A DNA stretch of 64,000 nucleotides from an uncultured Nitrospinota bacterium (GCA_963707985.1 CAVPRW010000006.1:1-64000), one strand, 5' to 3'; shown: positions 52,400 to 63,430, numbered from the stretch's first letter. Numbers and translations are program-made. The notes: generated from the letters alone by a model not told the origin.

Positions 52400-52640
52400 G
52401 CTGTTGGCCATGCATCAGCTCCTTCAACAATATGCCTAGCACATTGGTATCCAGGCCCCAGAGACCCGGCAAAAATCGGTCGTGGTTTCATCGATAATTG
52501 GCAACAGCATGCTCGTACCCGCGTCATTGAAGGCGTAATCGAGACGCCCGCAGGTATTCGGGGACTGCCTGAACAGGGCTGGGTCTTCCGCTTCCGCGGT
52601 GACATCGATCTTGACGGCGGTTGCGTTCATGATGATACCT
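52400..52640 (-). pseudogene. SDR oxidoreductase remnant
   Basis: AVKIDVT...GRLDYAFNDAG. Confidence 0.5.
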
Positions 52641-52890
52641 TGCTTAGAAATGCTATGATGTGCGTCGACTCTTGGCCGTTTCGAGACAGGAAGTCGGGTG
52701 GTGCGTGCATGGTTTGAGGCAATGCTCCTCATCCCAAATGCGAGATTTGGGGAAGATGCCGCTTCCCTCCACCTCACCATTTCCGGTACATTCTGCGCCG
52801 GTCGCGCAGCACCAAGACGCGTGTCCCCGTGTGCCATGCCTCCCCAGAGGCGCATGGGAGACACGCACGTCGCCGTCAGAGGAGACCTCC

Positions 52891-53781
52891 ATGCGAATGA
52901 CCCCCCTACTCTGCATCATGGCCTTGGCCACCCTCATGTCGAGCTGTAGCAATCCCTCCACCCCGGCCGGCTATGTCGGCTACGTGGTGAAGGAACCCAT
53001 CGCCATCGGGCAGGATACGTTCATCACGACGCAGGATGGTCCGACCTCCACGGGACTCGGCTGGCGCCTGCGCGTGCTCAACGTCTCGGTCACCCCCTAT
53101 ACCTTTCGCGAACCGTTCTTCGAGCAGGAAAGTATCTTGAGCCAGGATAACTTGAAGGTGGGCTTCGAATTGAGCGTCACCTGGCGCATCCGGCGCTCAC
53201 AGGTCCGCGACTTCGTCGAACGCTTCACCACCCTGGGGCTGGGGGCCGATCCCGAGAAAATTATCCGCGTGGCCTATGACAATTACATCAAACAAGCCAT
53301 CCGGACCTTTGCCCGCGCCGAGGTCCAAAAATATGACGGCCTCCAGATCAAGAATAACATCGATACCATTGATACGGCGATTGCGGCACGGATGAACTCC
53401 ATGCTGGCGAGCACCCCGTTCGAGATTATCGCCGCCCTCGTCAGTGATATCCGCTATCCCGATGTGGTCGCGAACGGCCGTGGCGCAGAAGATTGCCGCC
53501 ACCCAGGTCCTGGACCAAAAGACGACGGAGATTCTGATCACCGTGAAGGAGGCGGAGAAGCGGGAGAAGGAAGCCGAAGGGGTCTCCCGCGCCATGGCCA
53601 TGATCAAGAGTCAGCTCACGCCGGAATATCTGCAATACGAAGCGATCAAGGCCCAACTCGGCATGGTCGCCAGCCCGAATCATACGGTGATGTATATCCC
53701 GGTGGGGCCGATGGGGGTCCCGCTCGTGGGCACCATCGATATGTCCAGGGTGCCGCCGAGCGCGCAAGTGAAGGCTCTATG
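52891..53781 (+). CDS. SPFH/Band 7 domain lipoprotein, frameshift near 53475
   Basis: lipobox-like LMSSC, TPAGYVGYV, ILSQDNL, DIRYP, LTPEYLQYEAIKA. Confidence 0.8.
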
Positions 53782-53785
53782 AGGT

Positions 53786-55213
53786 TCAGGATCGTTTCGG
53801 CAACAGCGTCGCGAGCGGCGAGCTGACGCGGCCGAACCAGGCGCCGCCGGCGACCGCTCCGGCGTTGATCAGGCCGAAGACGGCAAGGGCTGCGCCCTGG
53901 GCCAGGAACACATACGACAGGTCGCCACTCCAGCGCAGCGCCAACCAGCCGCCGCCCGCCGCGATTGCCAGCCGCGCCAGGTTCGCCAGCAGCGGCCACC
54001 ATAGCCGCCCTGTCCCCTGCGAAGCGAAGTAGAGGGCCATACCGAGCCCGAACAGACCGTAAAACGGACCGACCGCGTGTAGATAGCGCGTTCCGGCGTC
54101 GAGCATGGCGGGATCGGTATCGAACAGCGACAGCCAGGTGTGAGGAAAAGCCGCGGCATAGAGTCCGATACTTTCGGTGAGGGCGGCGGCGATGGCGGCA
54201 CCAATCCAAGCGGCATGCAAGGCGCGGCGGCGCTGTCCGGCACCGATGTTGGTCCCGACCAAGGCGACGAGCGGGCCGCCCAACCCAAAGACGAGGGGCA
54301 CCAGGAGGTATTCGAGGCGCGAGCCGGTGCCGTAGCCGGCAATCGCCGCCGGCCCGAACCGTCCGACGAGACCCGTGGCGATGACGATGGTGAGATTGGT
54401 CTGCACGGTGATCAGGGCTGCGACCGCGCCTACCCGCAGGATGTCGCTGAAGAGCGCCCAGCGAAAGGCCACATCATGGAAGGAAAGTCTGACGAGGCTT
54501 CGCCCCGACCGGAGATAGCCAGCGAGGACGGCGCTGCCAAAGGCATAGTACGCCACCACCGCCACGGCGCCACCGGCGACGCCGAGCCGTGGGAACGGCC
54601 CCCAACCAAAGATGAGACAGGGCGACAAGGGGATCAATACCGCGGCACCGACACACGTGACGATGGCCGGTACCATCATGTTACCGGCGCCACGGATCAC
54701 ATTGGCGAGTGAGTTGAAGATCCACAGCAGGATCACGCCGGAGAAGATGACGTTGGAGTAGGTCAGCGCCGTCGTGAGCGAAGCCCCTCTCCCGCCCAGA
54801 GCGCTGTACAGCCATCGGCCGCCGCCCAGCATGGCGAGCATGAAAAAGAGCCCAAAGATCACCGCGATGGCGAGCGCATGCAGTGCCAACGCATTGGCGT
54901 CGGCCCGGCGTCCGGCACCGAGCGCGCGGGCGACGGCGGACGAGATCCCACCGCCCATGGCGCCTGCCGACATCATCTGCATCAGCATCACCACGGGGAA
55001 GACCAGCGCGACCCCGGCAAGCGCATCGGTTCCGAGCCGGCTGATAAAATAGGTCTCGATCAGCCCGACCGAGGCCTGCACGACCATCACCAACACGTTC
55101 GGCGCCGCCAGCCGCAGCAGGGTGCCAGTGATCGGTGCCTCGAGCAACAGGCGGGTGCGCGGGTCGTACGTAGTTCCTGGTTCCAACGCAGTGACGCTCT
55201 CGCTTTGAGACAT
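53786..55213 (-). CDS. MATE family efflux transporter
   Basis: LGTDALAGVALVFP, GAMGGGISSAVARALGA, AIAGYG.GSRLEY, VGTNIGAG. Confidence 0.92.
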   Translation of the reverse strand: MSQSESVTALEPGTTYDPRTRLLLEAPITGTLLRLAAPNVLVMVVQASVGLIETYFISRLGTDALAGVALVFPVVMLMQMMSAGAMGGGISSAVARALGAGRRADANALALHALAIAVIFGLFFMLAMLGGGRWLYSALGGRGASLTTALTYSNVIFSGVILLWIFNSLANVIRGAGNMMVPAIVTCVGAAVLIPLSPCLIFGWGPFPRLGVAGGAVAVVAYYAFGSAVLAGYLRSGRSLVRLSFHDVAFRWALFSDILRVGAVAALITVQTNLTIVIATGLVGRFGPAAIAGYGTGSRLEYLLVPLVFGLGGPLVALVGTNIGAGQRRRALHAAWIGAAIAAALTESIGLYAAAFPHTWLSLFDTDPAMLDAGTRYLHAVGPFYGLFGLGMALYFASQGTGRLWWPLLANLARLAIAAGGGWLALRWSGDLSYVFLAQGAALAVFGLINAGAVAGGAWFGRVSSPLATLLPKRS

Positions 55214-55271
55214 AGGCGATCCTCAGCTCAACGGTTCGGTTGACATCCACGTCATAGACGCCCCATATTAA

Positions 55272-55307
55272 GTGTATATGCACATTTATATATAGGCGTA
55301 TATGCAC
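55272..55307. promoter_or_regulatory. tandem palindromic operator (MarR-type)
   Basis: GTGTATATGCAC (55272-55283) and GCGTATATGCAC (55296-55307) between MATE and the divergent regulator remnant. Confidence 0.6.
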
Positions 55308-55333
55308 CTTTGTCAAGGGGTGAGGAATCTGCG

Positions 55334-55435
55334 ATGCTTACGGAGACCCGACCGCAGCTGGAAGATGGCCATTGTCTGGCGGTGCGTCAAGAGGGACGGC
55401 ACATCACGCAATTCCATGGTCAGTTCCTAGCGTCG
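55334..55435 (+). pseudogene. MarR-family regulator, N-terminal fragment
   Basis: MLTETRPQLEDGHCLAVRQEGRHITQFHGQFLA resembles the C-x-C-L..RQAAR..TQ.YD..LA MarR N-terminus. Confidence 0.55.
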
Positions 55436-55544
55436 AGGCCCAAGCGATGACAAGCGCCAATGTATGCAGGCTAGAGAAGACTGAGACCGCCGCGGTCGGC
55501 TGTGCGGTGGAGCAATTCAGCGGCAAAGGGCGTGGCAGATGAGG

Positions 55545-57554
55545 TTATTCCCCACCGAACTCCTCCATTAACTCCGCCACAAGATCGCCACGCCCGATGC
55601 TTTGCCACGCTTCCTTTGCGGCATCGACGTGCCGGCGGCGCTCGTCGTCCGCCGCGATCCGTCCGAGACGACGATGGACCCAACCGATGGAGTACGGCTC
55701 CGTGATGCGCTCGTACATGGCCAGCGCCGCTTCGTAGCACGTGCGGGCGGTGTCATGGTCGGAGCGTTGCAAGGGCGATGTCGCCAAGGCGGGAAAAACA
55801 CTGGGCGGTGAGATCAACGGCCCCTTGCGTTTGCGCGACCATCGCCGCCCGTTTGAGCGCAGCGGTGGTTCCCAGCCCGGTGAATCGGGCGAATTCGCCA
55901 AAGCTGAGAGCCGCTCTGATAGCCGTTTCGGCGGCGCGATTCGTCGAGCCCTCGCAGGATGGCGACCTCGATGTTGGCGGCTTCCGGCGTGAGGCGCGCG
56001 ATGGCTTCAGCCCCGCCTTCTCTCCCGGCTCTTTGCACCGAGCGACCTCGCCAGCCCCAGGTAGTGCGAGAGTGCTGGGAGCTGATCGTCCGGCGGCGGC
56101 GGGTACGCGCGCTGGACGTATTCGCGCAGCGGGGTCAGCAGGCGGAGACGGCGGTCTTGGTCGAAGGCCAGGCCGACCTGGCGCAAGATTGTCGCGGCGT
56201 TGGCCCCCTGGCTGGGAAAGACGGCATCGAGATCGCCATGCGCGACCCCGCCTGGCAGGAAACTGAGCAAGGAGAGTAATGCGCCGCGCTGCATCGGTCA
56301 TGCGCGGCCCCTGGATGGAGATTTCGTAGGAGACCTCGATATTCAGCAGCCGATGGGTGGCGCTGGCGCGCTGGAGCATGTTCGTCCGTTCGTCCTGCTA
56401 GCGCCTCCACGTGCCATCTAGGTCGGGTTGGCCCTCGGAGCGCCAGCCATGAGCATGATGGCGAGGGGCACTCCGTCGAGCACGAGTAATACTTGGTCGA
56501 GGAGGGGATCGGTGGCGAAGTGGTCTCCGGCAATGGCGAGAAAAACTTTCCGTGCATCGGGCAAGGGCAGGCTGGGTGGCTGGAGCGGCTGCCGCCACGG
56601 CACGCCCACCGGACGGCTGGCACCACGTAGCGAGGCGATCAGGGCAAGACCTGGCAGTGCGGCAAGCGCGGCGAAAAACTCTTCGACGCGGAGCGTGTCG
56701 GCTTCCCAGGGCGTCTCGGCGCTGTCGATGGCCAGAGCCGTCGGTGCCGACGCGAGCTCAGCCAATAGGGCCGGTTCGATCAGAGGCCCCAGGGGGAGGC
56801 CGAGGGCCGTGGCGATCTCGGCGGCGAGTGCTTCGCGTGTATGAAGGGCATCGCAGCGTACGAACACCCGGCGCGGGCGGCAGCAGAGCGGGACGAGCCG
56901 GCGCGAATGCTTCCGTTTGCGTCAGTTTGGACCCCGGCGAAGCATTGCAGCCAGGCTGTTGTGGTCCGGGCCGTAGCCGAGCACGAAGACGCGCTGTTCG
57001 GCAGGATGTTGGACTTGCAGGGAGGCGACGTCGCCGTCACGTGCGAGCCGAAAATGACGATACTCGGAACCGGCAAAGACCTTGGCGGACCACTGCAACA
57101 GGGCGCCATCTCTCCATGTCACCGCGGAGAGGCCGGTGACTTCCTCGATCAGGCCGTCATAGTTGGTCGTGGCCAGGATGACGCCGAGGTCCCGGAGCGC
57201 TTCGAGCACGTCGCGTTGCTGTGCCCTGAGCTCGCCGACGGTCTCGCGCAGCCAGCGGCGCCAGTCGCCGCCGTTGGGGGAGCCGAGCTTGGCAGAGGTC
57301 ACCTCGGCGGCGGCGAGCATGAGGTCGAGATCGCCGGCATCGATCTGCGCGTGAAGCAATTGCGCCATCGCGTCGGTGACACTCGTTGTAGGCAACTCGC
57401 GGCAATAGTCGACCCCATGATGCAGGAGACCCTGCCATGAGGCCACAGCATGGTTGTTCGTCGCACCGACCGACACACCGGCCCCAACAATGGCCACCAC
57501 CTGACCGGCCTCGATTTGCTGCTGGAGATCATCACAGAGAGAGGTGCCGGCCAT
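55545..57554 (-). pseudogene. SIR2-like + STAND NTPase + TPR protein, with deletions and frameshifts
   Basis: IVGAGVS and TTNYD (SIR2); ALAIDSAE (Walker B), LDGVPLAIML (GxP); TPR-like ARTCYEAALAMYERI..SIGWVHRRL. Confidence 0.75.
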
Positions 57555-57649
57555 CCGTCAGCTCCTTCTACCCAGTCTGCGACGCGTCGAGGTATTGCCT
57601 AACGAGGAAGCGGTTTTGTGGTACCCAACCGACACAACAACACTGTTGA

Positions 57650-57678
57650 ATTATACAGTTGCGCCATCCCATTGGGAA
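57650..57678 (-). promoter_or_regulatory. sigma70-type promoter upstream of the SIR2-STAND gene
   Basis: minus strand TTCCCA-N17-TATAAT. Confidence 0.5.
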
Positions 57679-57747
57679 TTTTAAGACAACCCGATCTACT
57701 TGAGAAGCCTATTCACGAGATGGTTGGCGGACCTGGGATTCGCTGCC

Positions 57748-57816
57748 TTAGGTGGTAATTTTCCATTTGACAACGAGGCTGCAATCTACCACAAGACGCG
57801 CTAGGACTTGAGCCAT
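57748..57816 (-). pseudogene. PIN (VapC-like) toxin, N-terminal 22 codons only
   Basis: MAQVLARLVVDCSLVVKWK matches the PIN start VVDASVVVKW; overlaps the antitoxin end. Confidence 0.55.
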
Positions 57817-58034
57817 GTATCGGGGTGCTCCTCCCGTTCCTGTTTGTCCTCCTCGATCATTTGATCCATTCCAACGTAGTGGGTAATACGGTTGGCTAAC
57901 ACTTGGGCAAATACGTCATCACGCCGGAACGAAGGTTCTAGGAGTCGTACCTCTACCTCAGCCCCATCAGGTAGCTGGGCTCCATCCTCCAGCACCACAA
58001 TGTTATCCTTCACGACGCCCTTGCAGGTAGTCAT
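57801..58034 (-). CDS. putative antitoxin (AF2212/DUF104-like)
   Basis: 77 aa; KGVVKDNIVVLEDG.QLPDGAEVEV. Confidence 0.65.
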   Translation of the reverse strand: MTTCKGVVKDNIVVLEDGAQLPDGAEVEVRLLEPSFRRDDVFAQVLANRITHYVGMDQMIEEDKQEREEHPDTWLKS

Positions 58035-58093
58035 TGGACGAGTACCTCCGTCATCTCTGTCTTTGGATTTCTCACAGGATAGAGAATATATCA

Positions 58094-59468
58094 TCAAGCG
58101 AAGAGCCGGACCAATTCCGTCGCGTCTGTGGCCTCCTCCAGCCGCTGGATGAACTGTATGGCGCGCTCGACGACCTCTGCGGCAATGGGCCGCACCGCAT
58201 GGGCGGCGCAGTCGCGGAATTTGGCCTGAAGCTGGGCGTCGCTGAGGGGTTTTTGCGGAGAGCCAGACGGACTCGTCGTTTCCAGGGAGGCGGTGCGCCC
58301 ATCGGCACGCCGTACGGTGATCTGCGCCCAGGTCGGCGCCGCGTCTGCTCGAACCGCTCCCTGGATGCGGTCCGAGAGGGCCAATACTTGTGGATCGTCG
58401 ACTCCCGCCACCTCGCCGATGCCGACTCGGCCGCGCACCAATGCGGCTGCCACCAGGAAGGGGATGCTGAACTGCGCCTCCACCACCTGCGAGGGACGTC
58501 GCTTGCCAGCCTCAGGACTGAGCTGATCCTTGTAGGTTTGGGGATTCACCGTGATCACCACCTCGGCGATGCCGGCCCCTGCATCAGCGCGTCGCCAGGT
58601 CGAGTCGATGCGCGATCTCCAGGGCCACATCGAGCATGGCATGGTTGGGGCGTCCGGAGGGATAAGGCTTGAAGCTCAGCTCGACACCCCTGAAGATCTG
58701 ACCCAGGCCGTCCGTGATGGCGTCGAGGTCATAGCCGTCGGGCTGGTACATGGGGAAGAAGCCAAACCGGCCGGCGAACACCTGATGCGCCCCGGTAAAG
58801 CTCTCGCGGGCCAGCAAGGTCGACAGTACGGCGCCGCTAGCGGCTTGCCCGGCTTGAAAGCGTTTGGTCAGCGCGCCGTCGAGGATGCATTGCCGGCTCC
58901 CGGCGGCCTGGCTCAAGGCGATGCCAAACGCATTAACCATCTGCTCGACGTTCAGCCGCAGCAGTTTGCCGGCAGCGGCGGTGGCGCCGAAGATGCCGAA
59001 GGCGGCGGTGCGGTGCCAGCCGCGGTCGACGGTGGCGGCCAAGGCCAATCGACCGGCGACGTCCAAGCCTAGGGTCACGGCCAGGACAAGATCGCGGCCG
59101 GAGGCCCCGCCTTGCATCTCGGCGACGGCCAGGCTGGCGGCCAGCGTCGAGGTGCCAGGATGGATATTGCCGGCGCGATCGAACGTATCGTCGAAATCCA
59201 AGGCGTGGCCCATGGTGGCATTGACCAGAGCCGCCTGCGGCGCCGGCACTTTCCCCGCAAGCAGGATGAGGCTGCTCTCCTCTCGTCCACCCCAGTGCTT
59301 GGCCAGCCCGGCCACCTCGGCAACGCCCGGCGCGACGCTTCCCCCCAGCATCGCTCCCAGGGTGTCCAGGATATCGCGTTTGGTGGCGATCACCACCTCA
59401 TCCGGAAGATCGGTGTAGCTGGTGTGGCAGACATGCTCGGCTAACGTGAGAGCGGGATCGGCATGCAT
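58094..59468 (-). CDS. MmgE/PrpD family protein, frameshift near 58590
   Basis: ILDTLG, HALDFDD, GWH, KPYPS, AQFSIPF, KFRDCA. Confidence 0.92.
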
Positions 59469-59573
59469 AGCGGTCTCCATCAATATGGCGGACAAGTGGC
59501 GACCGTGCATACGCCCAGGAACATGCTGTCATCGATGTTCCGCCGGGTATATCTGCGGTGGCCGCCGCTATTC

Positions 59574-60666
59574 CTACGTGTAGAGGTGATTGAGCCAGGC
59601 ATAGCGCTGCCGATCGAGAGCTTTACCTTGGAGCCCCGGGAAGTCTGGGCCATAGCGATAGGCCCGGAAGACCAGGTTGACACGGCCGTAGCGCTCATCC
59701 TCACCGAAGAAGGGGTTGATGTATTGCCAGACGATTTCGCCCTCGTGGGTGACCTCGAAGAGCCGGCCCTTCATCCCCTCACAGATGAGCGTATTGCCAT
59801 TGGGCAGCCGCTGTGCACCGCTGATAAAGAAGCTGAAAAACTCCCACGGCGGCCGCGCCTCGTATTTCCAGACGATGGTGTTCGTTTTGGGGTCCACTTC
59901 AAGGACGCGCGACTGCATGCCCGGGTCGCACGGTATGAAAGCCATTATCGAAGAGGAGGATGTTACCATTCGGCAGGGGATTGGGGTCATGTTGATGGCC
60001 CAACTCGTCCCTACCCCATTTCCAGCGGAAGTCACCGCTCTGCTTGTCAATGATTCCAACCGTGTTTAGGTAGCGAAAACTGGTGAGCACGTTGCCATCG
60101 GGCAGGACCTCGCAGGTATTCGCATGCGTCCACTCCTGGCGCCGGTCGAGCGGGCAGATGGCATCGGCGTCGGGGTCGAGATGCTGATAGGCATGCCACT
60201 CCCAGACGACTTTTTTATCCGGCGTGACCTCATGGAAGTAATCGCTCCAGATGCCGCCCTCGTATTCGGTCCCCGGCGTGCCGCCTTTGACGCGCCGAGC
60301 CAGCTCTGTTGGAATCCGTTCCCAACCCAGCACCATGGTGTGGCCATTGGGCATGCGACAGAAATCATGATGCAGGGTTTCCTCCGCGTACTCCCACAGG
60401 ATGTGCCCATCCCAATCCATCTCCATGAGGATGCCACCCCTGCCGCCGAAGGCCACAGGTCCCTTGCCGGTTTGAAGGCCGATCAAGAGATGGCCATTGT
60501 CGAGCAGATAGCCGTAATCGCCGGGACGATGGGGCAGCTGCCAGCGGTGGACGATGGCGCCCTGCATATCGATCAGGTAGGCGTTGGTGTCCCGCATGGG
60601 TGCGAACAGCGTATAACCGCAAAAGGCTTTGTCCGGCTGATAGAACGTCAATCCAAGTGGTTTCAT
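59574..60666 (-). CDS. arylsulfotransferase (ASST)-like beta-propeller, frameshift near 59915
   Basis: GYTLFAP, HHDF, WTHAN, HQHD..LPNGNILLFDNG, ISGAQRLPNGNTLICEG, VFRAYRY. Confidence 0.85.
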
Positions 60667-60707
60667 GGGCCGTCCTCTCGGCGCAGGTGTGCGGCGTGTC
60701 GCGGGAG

Positions 60708-61478
60708 TTATAGCGCTGACTGCCCGCCATCCACGAGCAGGCAGGTGGCGGTCACAAATGAAGACTCATCCGAGGCCAGGAAGAGAATACAGTTGGCCAC
60801 CTCGCGTGGGGTCCCAGGACGTTTGAGCATCGTGTCGTACCCAAATTCGTCGAGGAATTGCTCTGCCGTCTTGCCCGCGGCGGCGGCTCGACGGGCATGA
60901 AACGCGTGAAAATCGGCCCTGGGCAGACGGCATTGACCCGGATATGCCTCTGCCGCATGGTCCAAGGCCATGCCACGCGTGAGTCCGGTGACGGCGGCTT
61001 TGGTGGCATCGTACTGCACCATGTTGCCCCCGGCGATGAAGGCCCGCTGTGAGGCAATGTTGACGATGCTACCGCCTCCTGTCCTACGCATCTCCGGGAT
61101 GGCCGCCTTGGCACAGAAGGCGTAGCCTTTTACGTTCACCCCGAGAATGGCGTCCCAGCTCTCCTCGCTGGCCTCGACGACCGTCTGATAGAGGCGCATG
61201 CCGGCATTGTTCACCAGAATATCCAGGCGGCCAAACTGCTCCACCGTGCGACGGATAAGATTGATGGCATCGGCTTCGCGCTCCATGTGCGCCTCGACGA
61301 AGATCACCTCGGCCCCGGCGGCTTTGATCTCGTCCGCCACCAGACAGCCGCGCTCGCCGTCCATATCGGCGATGGCGACGCGTGCCCCTTCCTCAGCGAA
61401 CAACCGCGCCGTCGCCTCCCCAATCCCGGATGCCCCACCGGTGATGGCTGCGACTTTGCCGTCCAAACGTCCCATCAT
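60708..61478 (-). CDS. short-chain dehydrogenase/reductase
   Basis: TGGASGIG, LDILVNNAG, YDATK; compensating frameshifts near 60900-60950. Confidence 0.9.
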   Translation of the reverse strand: MMGRLDGKVAAITGGASGIGEATARLFAEEGARVAIADMDGERGCLVADEIKAAGAEVIFVEAHMEREADAINLIRRTVEQFGRLDILVNNAGMRLYQTVVEASEESWDAILGVNVKGYAFCAKAAIPEMRRTGGGSIVNIASQRAFIAGGNMVQYDATKAAVTGLTRGMALDHAAEAYPGQCRLPRADFHAFHARRAAAAGKTAEQFLDEFGYDTMLKRPGTPREVANCILFLASDESSFVTATCLLVDGGQSAL

Positions 61479-61769
61479 GCGCCTCCTGCCTCTTGCCCTC
61501 AAGGCAATGGTTACCGCTTGCGATCATGACGACGTGTGAGCTTGCCCATCATGCAATGACCGACGGTACACATTCGACCATCATAGCGATGTTATCATAC
61601 CGCACAATAGGCACAGGCGATACGGACAAATATAGCGCTGGCGAAGACGCTTCCAAACCTATCCCCAACCGGGCACGTACGGTGTCCGCATAGGGCGCCG
61701 GACAGGAATTGTCCACTGCGGCTTCCGATCAGCGGACTGGGCTCCGCTGATCGGACTCTCTCGGAGGCG

Positions 61770-63212
61770 TCAGAAGGCCGGGACCCACCCTGTGAGCACC
61801 CCCTTATCCGGATCAAAGATATTGGTCCAGTGCTGCGAGAGGTCAGCGGTTGAAGTCGCCTGAAAAATGATCCCGAAGCGGTTGCCCGTGACTTGGAAAA
61901 CCAGCCATCGCACTTCAAATCCGGGCACCCCGAAGATCTGATCGGTGAGATCCTCTGCAAACGTGCCGAGCAGCGGCGCCCCAAAGCGTGGGTCGGTGGT
62001 GGCCCGCGTGAGCAGGTCTTGTCGCGCCTGGTCGGCCACCGGATTGGAGGTGACCACCGTAGTGGGGAAGCCCCTCGTAGTCACGTTCCCGAGGCCAATG
62101 GGCGTCAGTCTACCCGTGGCGACATCGATCGCATATTCCGCGATGTTGCCCACGTTATAGCCATCGACCGCCCGCTGATTGGCCACATAGGCAAACCGAC
62201 CGGTGCGATCGAGGGCGATCGCTTCCGTGGTCTTACCGCCAGTCGGCACGGTGCTGACCCACGTCGGCTTTCCGGCCGCATCCAGCGTGTAGGTACCCAC
62301 CGCACCGACGTACGGTGCCTGGGCGCCGTCTTGTACCACAAAAAGGTACTGGTTGGAGGCATGGACCCTCACCATCGTTGGGAACCCCGCGGTAGGCACC
62401 TTGGTAGCCATCGTCAGCACCCCGGTGTTGGCCTCAAAGCGGTACATCCACAGTTCGCGGGCATAGTACATGCTCGCATACATCCGCTTGCCGGAGGGAT
62501 CGAACGCCACCGAGAGCGGGCCATCAGACGCTTGTGGGCGATCCCCGGCGGGTACTGTCCGGAGGAATGTCGGTGCTCCGGTGTTCTGGTCGAGCCGAAA
62601 CACCGACAAGGTATCGCTGAGATAGTTCGCCAGGACAAGGTACCGTCCGGTGGGGTCGATCGCAAACTCGGCGGGATCAGTGCCGCCGGTAGAGATCTCG
62701 TTGACCAGCCTTGGCACCCCGGTGAAGGCATCGAGGGTGTACCACCAAAGGGCGTTATAGGCCACATTGGGCAGTTCTTTGGCAAAGCCGTGGCTGGTGG
62801 CATACAGGGTATGGCCGCGAGGATGGACCCGCACCGAGTGCGGATCGATGCCGGCCCCCACCCGCCCCACTTCCGTGAGCAGGTGAGTCGTGGGGTCAAT
62901 CCGGTACATTGAGAGGTTGAGAGACGTATTATTGAGCCCGTAAGCCCAGACGCCGTTGGGGTGGTATGCGAGGTCCACCGGATTTCCCCCCGCAGTCGCC
63001 TGCCCGAGCGGTGTGAGGGTGCCATCAGCCGTCCCAATGGCATAGGTGATCACATTGTCGCTGCCTTTATTCATGACCCAGGCCGCGCTTGGGGGCAGGA
63101 CGGCGAGGACGGGCGTGGCGTGGGTAAGCATCAGCAAGCTCACGACCATCATCAGTAGCCGGCGCAAGCTGTCGCAGGGGGCCATCTGGTAGGGAAATAC
63201 ATAACTAAACAT
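61770..63212 (-). CDS. exported lactonase-family (6-phosphogluconolactonase-like) 7-bladed beta-propeller with extra C-terminal domain
   Basis: signal peptide; repeated P..hhhDP.G.hhY blades. Confidence 0.8.
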   Translation of the reverse strand: MFSYVFPYQMAPCDSLRRLLMMVVSLLMLTHATPVLAVLPPSAAWVMNKGSDNVITYAIGTADGTLTPLGQATAGGNPVDLAYHPNGVWAYGLNNTSLNLSMYRIDPTTHLLTEVGRVGAGIDPHSVRVHPRGHTLYATSHGFAKELPNVAYNALWWYTLDAFTGVPRLVNEISTGGTDPAEFAIDPTGRYLVLANYLSDTLSVFRLDQNTGAPTFLRTVPAGDRPQASDGPLSVAFDPSGKRMYASMYYARELWMYRFEANTGVLTMATKVPTAGFPTMVRVHASNQYLFVVQDGAQAPYVGAVGTYTLDAAGKPTWVSTVPTGGKTTEAIALDRTGRFAYVANQRAVDGYNVGNIAEYAIDVATGRLTPIGLGNVTTRGFPTTVVTSNPVADQARQDLLTRATTDPRFGAPLLGTFAEDLTDQIFGVPGFEVRWLVFQVTGNRFGIIFQATSTADLSQHWTNIFDPDKGVLTGWVPAF

Positions 63213-63414
63213 GGGGGGCTCCTTGTTCCTGACGAGGTAAGGGTTGACTCAGCGGAGGACGTCTTCCAGCTGCGAGGCAATCCTCGCGGGCTGGGTATGC
63301 CTATGCTGCTGAGAGTGAGGCCCCGCACGCGGAAGTGGTCGGTAGCCAGGGACGCATGTGCCATGGTGCTGACCGCCCTGCTCGCTTCCTCATGGGGCCT
63401 TAGCGGCGCGCCTT

Positions 63415-63430
63415 AGCAAAAGGAATGCCG
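63415..63430 (-). promoter_or_regulatory. possible sigma54 promoter for the beta-propeller gene
   Basis: minus strand CGGCATTCCTTTTGCT, GG-N10-GC. Confidence 0.45.

Noticed and set aside
55470..55550. attC after the SIR2-STAND gene
   Set aside because: No RYYYAAC complementary to the upstream GTTAGGC and no convincing L-box pairing
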